Shown piece by piece: positions 19,805 through 29,775 of a stretch of 64,000 nucleotides of DNA. Source of the stretch: a virus; the IMG/VR virus record IMGVR_UViG_3300015263_000627. One strand, written 5' to 3'. The notes under the pieces were generated by a model, which searched no databases, was not told where the DNA came from, and was given only the letters and a program-made list of their open reading frames with translations. The translations under genes were made by a program, and so were the position numbers. Every line of letters begins with the position of its first letter. Position 1 is the stretch's first letter.

Positions 19805-22456
19805 GTGACATTATTTAATACAGCATTTACGTTTTATGTTGATCCATCGGTGATTGATAACTCACCGTCTATATCTATTTCTTCAATTGGATTATATTTT
19901 ATGTATCGTCCAAGTCCGACACAAAATATGTCTGGTTTGCAAAATCCGGGTGTTACAATGTATCTTGTGGATACTGTGAATGATGTGCCTAATGTCGCAA
20001 ATACAGTATTATTTCAAAATAATGCAAGATGTGAATGGAATGAAATCAATACATCATCAGATGCAAGTGTAGAAACATTGTTTACATTCCGTCGCCCAAT
20101 ATCTGTTGTTACCGGTAAAAAATATGCAATAATTTTGAATTATGATGGTAATGAAAATTTCAATCTCTGGACCAATCGTCGGGGATATAATCTAGTTGGA
20201 ACAACTACTCCATCAACTGGACCATCCTCTCCATATGGAGGAAGTTTATTTAATGCTTCATCTCTTGTTCAATCATTAGCTGAATTGACTGCTCATGATG
20301 TATCAACATTATGGACTCCGGTAGTTGATGTTGATGTAAAATTTAATGTTTATTGTGCAAGATTTGCCGTTAACGGTGAACCAGTATTTGCGCTTGGTAC
20401 TGCTCCGGATGAATATATCTATTCCCCATCTATAATTTTTGATTATGATGAAGCAAATAATGTAGTTATGGTTGAACATCCATCTCCGCGCATTGAAAAT
20501 ATACAATTTGATCCAATTTTATCATTGAAACAAGCATATGTTGGACCTCAAAAATCGTTCCAATACACAATATTTTATCCGGGTGGGGGTGTAACAGCAA
20601 CCGTTTCTAGTTCAATGTCCAAAGTTATTACTGCGGCTGCAACTTTATCTAATAGTGCGCCATTTAGTTGGGATGATGTGTTTGGAACCTATACTGGAGA
20701 CAAATATATTGTTATTTGGGATACCGATAGTTTTAATATTCGAAAAGTTGTAACTGTTGCTTCTAATACTCAAATTGTTTTGGATGCTAATACTACCTTT
20801 ATTAATAGTGCATCATATTTCATGATTACTCCTGTTGCTACAATTGACTCATTCAATGAATCATATTTGACAGGTAAAAAGAACTCTTTAATGTTTTTGC
20901 GGGATTCAAACGCCAATTCATCTGTTAGATTTGTCGGAGATGCAATCAATCATGCGAATGTAACTATTTCGAGTGGAGGAACAGGTTATTCAAATGATGA
21001 AACAATTTTCATTGTTGGTTATGATTATGTAGCAAATAAGATTGTAGGTAATTATCCGGCTGAAATAAAATTGCAAACTAATACGTCCGGAGGTGTTAAT
21101 TCTATCGCTTTTGCTAATATTGGAGCAGGTTTCTCCAATGTGGACAATATTCAAATTGTTGTAGCTAATTCAATAACTACCACAGCCAACAATGAATCAA
21201 CTAATACTGCAAATGGAAGTGGATTGAGTTTGAATATAGTAGTTGGATCAACAATCCTTACTGAACATGTTGTCAATAAATTCCGGGGTTGTAAAGTTTT
21301 GGATGTTGGTATTAGTGATTGTTATGTTTCATCTGATATTCTTCAAACAAGCAATTCATCTGTTATTAATTATATTACAACTACCTATTATACAGAACAA
21401 GATAACACAGTTCCGGGGGGATGGGTCAGTTATGTTGGTCCCCAAACTGTTGATATAACTTTGAATAAAACTCTTGAATCCATTACTTGGAATAAAACTC
21501 CTTCAATAGTCTCACGATCTAATGAGTTTGTGACCAAATATTCGGGGGGAGCCGATAATGATCAAGTTGATGCTCTAAATCCATATTCTAACTGTGTTGT
21601 TATTTCCTATGATATAAAATTTAATAATGATTATGTGGTTCCGGGTCCATTTGAATCACCAGTAGTTAACTTTGGTCGATATATCATAAATGATGATTGG
21701 ACTAATGAACAAACTAATAGTGGAAATGCATTAGCTAAAGTTATTATGCAATCAATCCAATTCCAAGGACAAGTTGATCCAACTAAACAAAGTGAAGATG
21801 TGGTTGTTTATATTACTGGATGGCGACCTCCGGGAACTGATATCAAAGTATATGCTCGTATCAAAAATAATTATGATTCTGAAGCATTTGATGATGAAGA
21901 TTGGTCGTTACTAAAAATGTCAGCAAATAATATTTCTCCAATTAATCAAGTTGAATTGACCTATGGATTTACAACTGAACCTAATACAACTCCAATGGTT
22001 GGAACTATTACAACAACTAATAATTCAGCTAATGTTACAGGTTCAAACACTGATTTCAGTGGATTGGTTCAGGGTGATTTTGTCAAAATATTTGACCCAT
22101 TATTTGTGGAATCCGGTCTAAATGGAACCAATGCAAACTTTGTTATTGCGATGGTAAATTCAACTCCAACTGATAATACTACATTGATAATTGATACAGT
22201 CTTTTCAACTAATACCGAATTGGGTATTGGAGGTCCAGAATTGGCTGATGTTGATGGTCTAAACATTGCAAAAGTTGATTATCCCCATCAAGCATATACC
22301 TATATTCAAAATGATAATATTGTTCAATATTATAATTTGACGAGTGAAAAATTCATGGATTATGGAACCATTCAATTGAAAATACTATTGTTGTCGGATA
22401 ATTTTACAATTCTTCCACATATTTCATCAGTTCGTTGTATAGGACTTAGTGCATAA
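19805..22456 (+). CDS. Virion structural protein, DUF4815-like C-terminal part
   Basis: GTG start after AGGAG. FTFYVDP...ISSIGLYF, RPPGTDIKVYAR and C-terminal IQLKILLLS...PHISSVRCIGL. Confidence 0.7.
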   Translation: MTLFNTAFTFYVDPSVIDNSPSISISSIGLYFMYRPSPTQNMSGLQNPGVTMYLVDTVNDVPNVANTVLFQNNARCEWNEINTSSDASVETLFTFRRPISVVTGKKYAIILNYDGNENFNLWTNRRGYNLVGTTTPSTGPSSPYGGSLFNASSLVQSLAELTAHDVSTLWTPVVDVDVKFNVYCARFAVNGEPVFALGTAPDEYIYSPSIIFDYDEANNVVMVEHPSPRIENIQFDPILSLKQAYVGPQKSFQYTIFYPGGGVTATVSSSMSKVITAAATLSNSAPFSWDDVFGTYTGDKYIVIWDTDSFNIRKVVTVASNTQIVLDANTTFINSASYFMITPVATIDSFNESYLTGKKNSLMFLRDSNANSSVRFVGDAINHANVTISSGGTGYSNDETIFIVGYDYVANKIVGNYPAEIKLQTNTSGGVNSIAFANIGAGFSNVDNIQIVVANSITTTANNESTNTANGSGLSLNIVVGSTILTEHVVNKFRGCKVLDVGISDCYVSSDILQTSNSSVINYITTTYYTEQDNTVPGGWVSYVGPQTVDITLNKTLESITWNKTPSIVSRSNEFVTKYSGGADNDQVDALNPYSNCVVISYDIKFNNDYVVPGPFESPVVNFGRYIINDDWTNEQTNSGNALAKVIMQSIQFQGQVDPTKQSEDVVVYITGWRPPGTDIKVYARIKNNYDSEAFDDEDWSLLKMSANNISPINQVELTYGFTTEPNTTPMVGTITTTNNSANVTGSNTDFSGLVQGDFVKIFDPLFVESGLNGTNANFVIAMVNSTPTDNTTLIIDTVFSTNTELGIGGPELADVDGLNIAKVDYPHQAYTYIQNDNIVQYYNLTSEKFMDYGTIQLKILLLSDNFTILPHISSVRCIGLSA

Positions 22457-22668
22457 TGAAACAATCAAACCTAGTTCCAACTAATGTTCCGGGACTATAT
22501 AAAAATAGAAGAAATATTGTAATAAATGAAAATATCGGAGATTATCAACGATTGGTTGCCCTTCGAAATAGGAAAAAGATCGAAGATAAAATGCAAAAGG
22601 ATATTGGAATTTTACAGAATGAAGTCAAAGAACTACGAAAGTTAATAGAGGAAATTCGAAATGGCTAA
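22456..22668 (+). CDS. Small conserved coiled-coil phage protein
   Basis: 70 aa, translationally coupled; C-terminal heptads LQNEVKELRKLIEEI. Confidence 0.7.
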   Translation: MKQSNLVPTNVPGLYKNRRNIVINENIGDYQRLVALRNRKKIEDKMQKDIGILQNEVKELRKLIEEIRNG

Positions 22669-23371
22669 AACACTTACGCCTATTGATGTACCGGGGGGTG
22701 ATACACCGCTTGATTTGGTAACATTAGCCAATGCAATAGTCAACACGATAGCAACCGAAGTAGTAACAGCAAATTCAGATGCTAATGGAGCGTTGACTAT
22801 TGGCAATAGTTATGTGTCGGGAGTCTTAGGAGCATCGGTTATCGCGGCAGGTGAATTACGAGGCGGCACCGTTGCAACCCCGGATTATGTTCTTGTATCA
22901 TCCAATCTTGTTGCTACTAATGCCAGTGTTACTATCAAAATGGGAACAACAAGCATTAATTCATCGGTAATCAATGCTTCATCGTTAGTTGTAAATGCCG
23001 CTGCTATTGAATATTTTACTCTCGATAATATGACCTTGGGTAACACCGAATATACTTCTCTTACTTTCAATGCCAATTCATCACCTGATCAGGTATTTGA
23101 TTTTTTTGCCAAATCTGCATATCGATCAGCCGAATATCTTCTCCAAATGACCGATACATCTCCAGCCGCAAATGCCTATCAGGTGATGAAATTCTTAGTT
23201 GTTCATGATGGAACGTCAGCCTTTATTACTCAATATGGTATTGTTACATCCAATGGCGAAATTGCCACAATCAATGCATCGGCAAATAGCACCTCGATTT
23301 TGATTACAGTATCGCCAGTTTCCGCGACAAATGTGGAGTTAATAGCTACTCGGACCATGATGGGAATCTAA
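22661..23371 (+). CDS. Putative tail/fibre structural protein
   Basis: C-terminal YRSAEYLLQ...YQVMKFLVVHDGTSAFITQYG domain, common in T4-like virion proteins. Confidence 0.65.
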   Translation: MAKTLTPIDVPGGDTPLDLVTLANAIVNTIATEVVTANSDANGALTIGNSYVSGVLGASVIAAGELRGGTVATPDYVLVSSNLVATNASVTIKMGTTSINSSVINASSLVVNAAAIEYFTLDNMTLGNTEYTSLTFNANSSPDQVFDFFAKSAYRSAEYLLQMTDTSPAANAYQVMKFLVVHDGTSAFITQYGIVTSNGEIATINASANSTSILITVSPVSATNVELIATRTMMGI

Positions 23372-23374
23372 ATA
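23368..23374 (+). promoter_or_regulatory. Late promoter motif CTAAATA
   Basis: Upstream of the fibre cluster. Confidence 0.55.
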
Positions 23375-23393
23375 CCTTGAAGGGAGAGAAAAA

Positions 23394-23726
23394 GTGGCTA
23401 TTAAATATAACTTTGTAATAGATCAAGGTTCCGATTTCGACTATACAATTGTATTGAATGACCAAAATGATGAACCATTCAATGTTAGCGGATTTACGGC
23501 TAACGCTCAAATGCGATCAAATTACACAGCTTCCAACTCCATTCCTTTTACCACAACGTTAGCTAATGGTAGTCTGACTCTTGCATTGGCAGGATCAGTT
23601 AGTGCCAATATTGAGGCAAAACGTTATGTTTATGATGTTATGCTTTCTAATGTCAATGATGGTATTGAAGAACGAATCCTAGAAGGTATTGCAACTGTAA
23701 GTCCACGAGTAACAAGGGAAGGATAA
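23394..23726 (+). CDS. Small beta-sandwich structural protein (fibre adaptor-like)
   Basis: GTG start with GGGAG RBS. NFVIDQGSDF...AQMR...RYVYDV...RILEGIATVSPRVTR pattern. Confidence 0.7.
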   Translation: MAIKYNFVIDQGSDFDYTIVLNDQNDEPFNVSGFTANAQMRSNYTASNSIPFTTTLANGSLTLALAGSVSANIEAKRYVYDVMLSNVNDGIEERILEGIATVSPRVTREG

Positions 23727-23728
23727 TT

Positions 23729-26515
23729 ATGACCGCTAATACCCTAGTTATCAAGCTTGGAGGCTCGGATGGACGTGGTTCTCTAACATTCTATCGAGGA
23801 TATACAGGTTCTCAGGGTGTGCCCGGGGAATATGCGGCTCTTGGTTATACTGGTTCGCAGGGTATTCAAGGTGATCCCGGGGGTTATACTGGTAGTCAAG
23901 GAGATACTGGATATACTGGTTCGCAAGGTATTCAAGGACCGGCTGGTGGATATACCGGTAGTCAGGGTGATGTTGGTTATGTTGGTTCGCAAGGTGATAT
24001 TGGATATACTGGCTCGGTTGGTTTTGTTGGTTCGCAAGGTGATACTGGTTACACCGGTTCGCATGGTGGTATTGGTTGGGTAGGTTCGCAAGGTGATAAA
24101 GGTTACACCGGATCGGCATCAACTGTCATTGGATATACAGGTAGCCAAGGTATTCAAGGTGATTCCGGATATACCGGATCAGCATCTACTGTTGTTGGAT
24201 ATACTGGTAGTTATGGTTATACTGGTTCGGCGGGAGCCGGATATACCGGATCAGCATCGGATGTAATTGGATATACTGGATCGATTGGTTACACTGGTAG
24301 TCAAGGCATCAAAGGAAACACCGGTTATACTGGATCAACAGGAATTGGATATACCGGTTCGCGGGGTGGTATTGGTTGGGTTGGCTCGCAAGGTGACAAG
24401 GGTTATACTGGTTCACGTTCCACTGTAATAGGTTATACTGGTAGTAAAGGTGACAAGGGTGATCAAGGTGATGTGGGTTATACTGGTAGCGAAGGCTATT
24501 CTGGATCAACAGGATCAACTGGTTATCAAGGCTCGGCAGGTTATCAAGGCTCGGTAGGTTATCAAGGATCGGTGGGTTATCAAGGATCAGCGGGTGTAAC
24601 TGGTTATCAAGGATCAGGCGCACAAACTGGATATACTGGTTCAATTGGTTATACTGGTAGTGAAGGTGTTGGATATACTGGTAGTCAAGGAACCCAAGGT
24701 AATATTGGATATACTGGTTCACAAGGAACCCAAGGTAACATTGGATATACTGGTAGTCGAGGTTACACTGGTAGTCAAGGAACGCAAGGTGTAATTGGAT
24801 ATACCGGTAGCCAAGGAACCCAAGGTAACATCGGTTACACTGGTAGTCAAGGAACGCAAGGTAACATCGGTTACACTGGTAGTCAAGGAACGCAAGGTGT
24901 AATTGGATATACCGGTTCACAAGGAACCCAAGGTAATATTGGATATACTGGATCGGCTTCAACTGTAATTGGTTATACCGGTTCACAAGGAACTCAAGGC
25001 AACATCGGTTATACCGGTAGTGCATCGGAAGTGATTGGTTACACCGGTAGTCAAGGTGATATTGGATATACCGGTAGTGCATCGGAAGTGATTGGTTACA
25101 CTGGTTCGGCAGGTGTTGGTTATACTGGTAGTGCTTCAACAGTTATAGGTTATACCGGTAGTCAAGGTGATATTGGATATACCGGTAGTGAAGGAATTGG
25201 TTATACTGGTAGTGCTTCAACTGTTCCCGGATATACTGGTAGTAAGGGTGATCAAGGTGATATTGGTTATACTGGTAGCGAAGGTTATTCTGGCTCGCAG
25301 GGTGAAGTTGGATATCAAGGATCAGCCGGAATTACAGGTTATACCGGTAGTCAGGGTGATGTGGGTTATCAAGGTAGCCAAGGTATCACCGGTTATCAAG
25401 GATCAGGTGCACAAACTGGATATACTGGTAGTCAAGGATATACTGGTAGTCAAGGTGTTGGTTATACCGGTAGTGCATCGGAAGTGATTGGTTATACTGG
25501 TAGTCAAGGTGATATTGGATATACTGGTAGTGCATCGGAAGTAGTTGGTTATACTGGTAGCCAAGGTAACATTGGTTATACTGGTTCTGCTTCAACTGTT
25601 ATTGGTTACACTGGTTCGGCAGGTGTTGGTTACACCGGATCGGCTGGTAGTGATGGTGCGGCGGGTTACACCGGTAGTCAAGGTTATACCGGTAGTCAAG
25701 GTATAGGTTATACTGGTTCAGCAGGAGCAGATGGGGGGCTTGGTTACACCGGATCGGCTGGTAGTGATGGTGCGGCGGGTTACACCGGTAGTCAAGGTGA
25801 TATTGGTTATACTGGTAGTGAAGGTATTGGTTATACTGGTTCGGCGGGGGCTGATGGTGGTTTAGGTTACACTGGATCGCAAGGTTACACCGGATCAGCA
25901 GGTGTAGGTTACACTGGATCGGCTGGTAATGATGGAGGACTTGGTTACACTGGTAGCCAAGGTTACACTGGTAGTGAAGGTATTGGTTATACTGGTAGTG
26001 CATCCGAAGTGATTGGTTATACTGGATCGCAAGGTTACACCGGATCGGCTGGCGTAGGTTACACTGGATCGGCTGGCGTAGGTTATACTGGATCGGCGGG
26101 TGTTGGCTACACCGGATCGGCTGGCGTAGGTTATACTGGATCGGCTGGATATACCGGTAGCCAAGGAACAACCGGAACAACAGGTCCAACATCACCTAAA
26201 GCAATTACTATTCCAGCCCCAGTAGCGGGTGATAGTTTCGCACTATTTTGGTCTAATGTTGCAATAACAATTGCTGAAATTCGCACTGTTGTTGTTGGTT
26301 CGGCATCTCCATCTGTAAATGCATCATATTTCCATGGAACAGATAGATCAGCCGGAACGACTATGCAAGCAAGTATCAATACATCAAGCACAACAACAGG
26401 TAATACCCAAACATCATTCTCTAATGCTACCCCGGCAGCAGGTTCATTCATTTGGGTAAATATCAATCAGGTAAGCGGAACAGTAAATTCCTATCATGCA
26501 ACAATAAGGTTCTAA
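23729..26515 (+). CDS. Collagen-like fibre protein 1 (GYTGS repeats, C-terminal globular head)
   Basis: 928 aa, mostly Gly-X-Y triplets (GYT, GSQ, GTQ, GNI) with regular ASTVI/ASEVI/GV interruptions; ~110 aa non-repetitive C-terminus. Confidence 0.9.
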   Translation: MTANTLVIKLGGSDGRGSLTFYRGYTGSQGVPGEYAALGYTGSQGIQGDPGGYTGSQGDTGYTGSQGIQGPAGGYTGSQGDVGYVGSQGDIGYTGSVGFVGSQGDTGYTGSHGGIGWVGSQGDKGYTGSASTVIGYTGSQGIQGDSGYTGSASTVVGYTGSYGYTGSAGAGYTGSASDVIGYTGSIGYTGSQGIKGNTGYTGSTGIGYTGSRGGIGWVGSQGDKGYTGSRSTVIGYTGSKGDKGDQGDVGYTGSEGYSGSTGSTGYQGSAGYQGSVGYQGSVGYQGSAGVTGYQGSGAQTGYTGSIGYTGSEGVGYTGSQGTQGNIGYTGSQGTQGNIGYTGSRGYTGSQGTQGVIGYTGSQGTQGNIGYTGSQGTQGNIGYTGSQGTQGVIGYTGSQGTQGNIGYTGSASTVIGYTGSQGTQGNIGYTGSASEVIGYTGSQGDIGYTGSASEVIGYTGSAGVGYTGSASTVIGYTGSQGDIGYTGSEGIGYTGSASTVPGYTGSKGDQGDIGYTGSEGYSGSQGEVGYQGSAGITGYTGSQGDVGYQGSQGITGYQGSGAQTGYTGSQGYTGSQGVGYTGSASEVIGYTGSQGDIGYTGSASEVVGYTGSQGNIGYTGSASTVIGYTGSAGVGYTGSAGSDGAAGYTGSQGYTGSQGIGYTGSAGADGGLGYTGSAGSDGAAGYTGSQGDIGYTGSEGIGYTGSAGADGGLGYTGSQGYTGSAGVGYTGSAGNDGGLGYTGSQGYTGSEGIGYTGSASEVIGYTGSQGYTGSAGVGYTGSAGVGYTGSAGVGYTGSAGVGYTGSAGYTGSQGTTGTTGPTSPKAITIPAPVAGDSFALFWSNVAITIAEIRTVVVGSASPSVNASYFHGTDRSAGTTMQASINTSSTTTGNTQTSFSNATPAAGSFIWVNINQVSGTVNSYHATIRF
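23799..26185 (+). repeat. Coding tandem repeat array (ggttatactggtagt-type units)
   Basis: Many tens of degenerate 15-36 nt units encoding GYTGSQG/GYTGSA. Confidence 0.9.
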
Positions 26516-26516
26516 T

Positions 26517-26564
26517 ATGGCATATTTCCCGGCAACTCCTGCTTTAGATGAAACAAATGACTGA
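26517..26564 (+). pseudogene. 15-codon remnant (MAYFPATPALDETND*) homologous to the N-terminus of ORF 27494
   Basis: Matches MAYFPSTPSVGDEY at 27494; its stop overlaps the next gene start. Confidence 0.55.
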
Positions 26565-26916
26565 TTGGATTATTTGGTATTCAAATGGAATGTCTTTTTC
26601 AAGTGATGATGGACCACCCGAAAATGCGCCTCGGGATGATGTGCAAATAGTTGTGGTTCCAAGCGATCAAGTTGGAAAACTATTATGGCATGATTCAGAT
26701 TATTATTGCTGGCAGGATAACCAATGGATTTGTCATGATAAAGAAGGGTTGCGTCAATATTTGAATCTTCCGGGTAAAGAAAAAATCCGGTTGTGTGGAT
26801 TCTGGATACCGGATGCTCAATTTTATGCATTATATCAGGTAGCATTGCACGATCCGCGTATGCCATCAAAAACGGGACAAAAGCCGGGAGAACCCGACGC
26901 CCCGCATAGGAGATAA
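26548..26916 (+). CDS. Hypothetical fibre-associated protein
   Basis: 122 aa, Trp/Asp-rich; the start may be the in-frame ATG at 26557. Confidence 0.7.
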   Translation: MKQMTDWIIWYSNGMSFSSDDGPPENAPRDDVQIVVVPSDQVGKLLWHDSDYYCWQDNQWICHDKEGLRQYLNLPGKEKIRLCGFWIPDAQFYALYQVALHDPRMPSKTGQKPGEPDAPHRR

Positions 26917-26918
26917 TA

Positions 26919-27473
26919 ATGGGTGGTGGTACTCCTTTTACCAATCAGGTACATTTTCGATTTAGAACTGATGCCGAAACAGTTGATGCTACTCCTACAT
27001 GGGGATCAACCGAAGATCAAGCTACTTATATTCCGGCATTGGATACTGCTTTCCGGGTACGATTTACTGTGGAAAATACCGGAACAACCAATATGCGTTC
27101 TTCTCGAAGCTTATATTATAGCTTGAATGGGGGAGCCTATGTATCTGTTACAACAACATCGTCAGTTGTGCGGGCAGTTGATGCCGGGGCTAGTGCTGAT
27201 GGTGATGCAATTGCTACCCAACGTTTGACTTCCGCAACTGGAACATGGGTAAACGGCGAATATGATGAATCAGGTGCAACAAGCAACTTCAACTTGGTGG
27301 ACGGAAACTTTACTGAATTTGAATACGGTATTCAGGTCATTTCAGCAGATGTTTCGGAGGGAAGCAACGTAGCCTTGAGGATTTATAATTCTTCAAGTCC
27401 TATGGATAACTATGCTAAAACACCTTTGATGACCCGACCTGCTGCCCGCCGTCGAGTTATAGTTTGTTCCTAA
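26919..27473 (+). CDS. Hypothetical fibre-associated beta protein
   Basis: 184 aa, Thr/Ser-rich, tightly packed in the fibre cluster. Confidence 0.7.
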   Translation: MGGGTPFTNQVHFRFRTDAETVDATPTWGSTEDQATYIPALDTAFRVRFTVENTGTTNMRSSRSLYYSLNGGAYVSVTTTSSVVRAVDAGASADGDAIATQRLTSATGTWVNGEYDESGATSNFNLVDGNFTEFEYGIQVISADVSEGSNVALRIYNSSSPMDNYAKTPLMTRPAARRRVIVCS

Positions 27474-27476
27474 ATA
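27470..27476 (+). promoter_or_regulatory. Late promoter motif CTAAATA
   Basis: CTAAATACC, same context as at 23368. Confidence 0.55.
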
Positions 27477-27493
27477 CCAAAAAGGGTGTATAA

Positions 27494-28084
27494 ATGGCAT
27501 ATTTTCCTTCAACTCCTTCGGTTGGTGACGAATACTCCTTCGGTAGTGTAACCTATCGATGGGATGGGAGCCGGTGGATCAATGTTGTTAGTCCTCTTTA
27601 TAATGAAAGCATAAATTTTTATCCTGCTGATAATGAACCTCCATCAAGTAACTATGCTACATTAGATACACGCAATGGTCATACTGTTCTGGATTTTGAT
27701 GATACAACGGCTGAATATGCCATATTTACCGGGGTTTTGCCTATTAGCTACAATGGAGCCGGTTTGACCGTCCAAGTTGCCTATTCAATGACTTCCGACA
27801 TTGCCAATACTTGTGGCTGGACCGTTGAATTTGAGAGAATTGGGGATCAACAACAGGATATTGATAGTGATAGTTTTGCTACGGCTCAAACCATTACGGC
27901 TGTTACTGTTCCGGGAACCAGTGGATATGTTGATTTAGTTAGTGTGGATGTTGTGAATGGAGCCAATACTGATAATATTGCGGCGGGAGAATTGTTTCGA
28001 TTACGATTGAAACGTGATGTAGCTAATGATACAGCAGCAGGTGATGCCGAAATGCATTGGGTATCAGTCAAGGAAACTGTATAA
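27494..28084 (+). CDS. Hypothetical fibre accessory protein
   Basis: 196 aa; N-terminal FPSTPSVGDEY...TYRWDGSRW module followed by a beta-sandwich. Confidence 0.75.
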   Translation: MAYFPSTPSVGDEYSFGSVTYRWDGSRWINVVSPLYNESINFYPADNEPPSSNYATLDTRNGHTVLDFDDTTAEYAIFTGVLPISYNGAGLTVQVAYSMTSDIANTCGWTVEFERIGDQQQDIDSDSFATAQTITAVTVPGTSGYVDLVSVDVVNGANTDNIAAGELFRLRLKRDVANDTAAGDAEMHWVSVKETV

Positions 28085-29391
28085 TGACAATAAGTTTCGA
28101 TGGAGTTGATATGGCTTATTCAATCCCGGATATTTCGGGATTAACATATTTTAGTATTTTTTTGAATTTTGTTGAAAGATCAGAAATATCCAATGCTGTT
28201 CTTTTTTCGTGGAACGATGGTTCCAATACCAATATTATTGGATATGCTCCATATTGGCTTTCAGCCTTCGGACTTTTCACTGTAGAATGTAATGGAACGG
28301 GAAATTATACAGCAGTTAATAAACCATCTACTGGAACTTTATATAATATGGCTATAATTAGGAATGCAACTTCAGCAAGTCTCTATCTAAATGGATCATT
28401 AGCAACATCAAATATAACGGGTATTACTAATACATCATCTTTTACTGCTCCAAATATTCGAATTGGATGTCACTATGATGGGGCAGCAAATACATCTTTT
28501 GCAAATACTTATATTTCAGAAGTCGCTATATATAATTATAATTTACCACCTTCCGAAGTTATAGAAATAGCTAAAACTCGTTGTCCTCCCACTGTCCGAA
28601 AGGCCAATTTGATTCGATATATACCATTTGTTAACAATGCTGTGGATTATGCCGGAAAAGTGACCACAACAGCAATTGGTTCCCCAACATTTGTAGGTCA
28701 TCATCCAATAATTAGAAACCGACATTCGCCTACTAGTTCATATAAACCTCCCACTCCGGTATTATTGATGCATTTCAATGGAGAAGATGGTTCCAATACA
28801 TTTATTGATGCTACCAGCAAACATAATATCACTGTATATAATCACACACAAATTGATACGGCACAATCACAATTTGGAGGTGCATCTGCACTCTTTGATG
28901 GAACAGATGACTATTTAGCATTAGATGGTAGTTCTGATTTTGCTTTTGGAACAGGTGATTTTACTATCGACTTTTGGTTCCGTTTTAATATAGACGATGC
29001 CAACTATATGAATTTTTACACTGGGTCTGGTGCTGGTGGAATTGATACATTTCCTATAATACATAAAAATACAACAAAGAAATTGGGATTTTACTCAAAT
29101 TCAGCAGAACGTATCACTGGAACTACAACACTAACTCCTGCTGGTGGTTGGTATCATGTAGCGGTAACTAGGAGTAGCGGTCAGACAAGAATGTTTTTGA
29201 ATGGGGTACAAGAAGGCTCAACATATGCGGATTCTGTCAATTACACAATAGATGCTAATGCCCCACAGATTGGGCGTTGGTCTGGAGCTACTTCATATCT
29301 TAATGGTTGGATGGACGAATTAAGAGTTATCAAGGGTTATGCTGTTTGGACCAAGAATTTTACTCCTCCAACAAAAGCTTATCAAGTATAA
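28084..29391 (+). CDS. Tandem ConA-like/LamG lectin-domain protein (putative receptor-binding)
   Basis: Two LamG-like domains (YISEVAIYNYNL; GDFTIDFW...WYHVAVTRSSG..RMFLNG...NGWMDELRV); TAATG coupling at 28084. Confidence 0.8.
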   Translation: MTISFDGVDMAYSIPDISGLTYFSIFLNFVERSEISNAVLFSWNDGSNTNIIGYAPYWLSAFGLFTVECNGTGNYTAVNKPSTGTLYNMAIIRNATSASLYLNGSLATSNITGITNTSSFTAPNIRIGCHYDGAANTSFANTYISEVAIYNYNLPPSEVIEIAKTRCPPTVRKANLIRYIPFVNNAVDYAGKVTTTAIGSPTFVGHHPIIRNRHSPTSSYKPPTPVLLMHFNGEDGSNTFIDATSKHNITVYNHTQIDTAQSQFGGASALFDGTDDYLALDGSSDFAFGTGDFTIDFWFRFNIDDANYMNFYTGSGAGGIDTFPIIHKNTTKKLGFYSNSAERITGTTTLTPAGGWYHVAVTRSSGQTRMFLNGVQEGSTYADSVNYTIDANAPQIGRWSGATSYLNGWMDELRVIKGYAVWTKNFTPPTKAYQV

Positions 29392-29406
29392 AGGATAAAT
29401 AAAATT

Positions 29407-29775
29407 ATGGCAAATGTACTAAACAGAACCACAAAAGTATATCTTGAATCGGTCAATACTCCGGATTATCCGGATACTGATTGGATTATCAATCCTGATT
29501 TGTCAGCCGTTGCGGGTTGGCCTGCCAAATATTGGATAATTACCGGTGATGTAGTTACCCTTATGGATGCAAGCGCAAGAGCAACCGTTGATGCTGACGA
29601 ATTAGCAGCGCAACGAGATGCTCTTGTGGCTCAAATGGATCAAGTTGAAAGCTACACCCGGGCATTTGCCTTGGTTGTTCTGGACGAAATAAACAACCTA
29701 CGAGCATTGCATAGTTTGGCTGATCGAACTATTGCTCAATTGAAAAATTCTGTTCGTAATAAATTAGGTAGCTAA
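29407..29775 (+). CDS. Hypothetical fibre chaperone/assembly-like protein
   Basis: 122 aa with a helical C-terminus; last gene of the fibre operon, converging on the GT operon. Confidence 0.65.
   Translation: MANVLNRTTKVYLESVNTPDYPDTDWIINPDLSAVAGWPAKYWIITGDVVTLMDASARATVDADELAAQRDALVAQMDQVESYTRAFALVVLDEINNLRALHSLADRTIAQLKNSVRNKLGS

Noticed and set aside
23799-26185. Periodic DNA repeats resembling a CRISPR array
   Set aside because: Units are in-frame codon repeats of a collagen-like ORF with degenerate third positions; no unique spacers and no cas genes.
24309-26195. Long reverse and alternate-frame ORFs (YQYNQ... types) over the fibre genes, also at 35468-37354
   Set aside because: Shadows of low-complexity coding repeats; no RBS and no plausible protein content.
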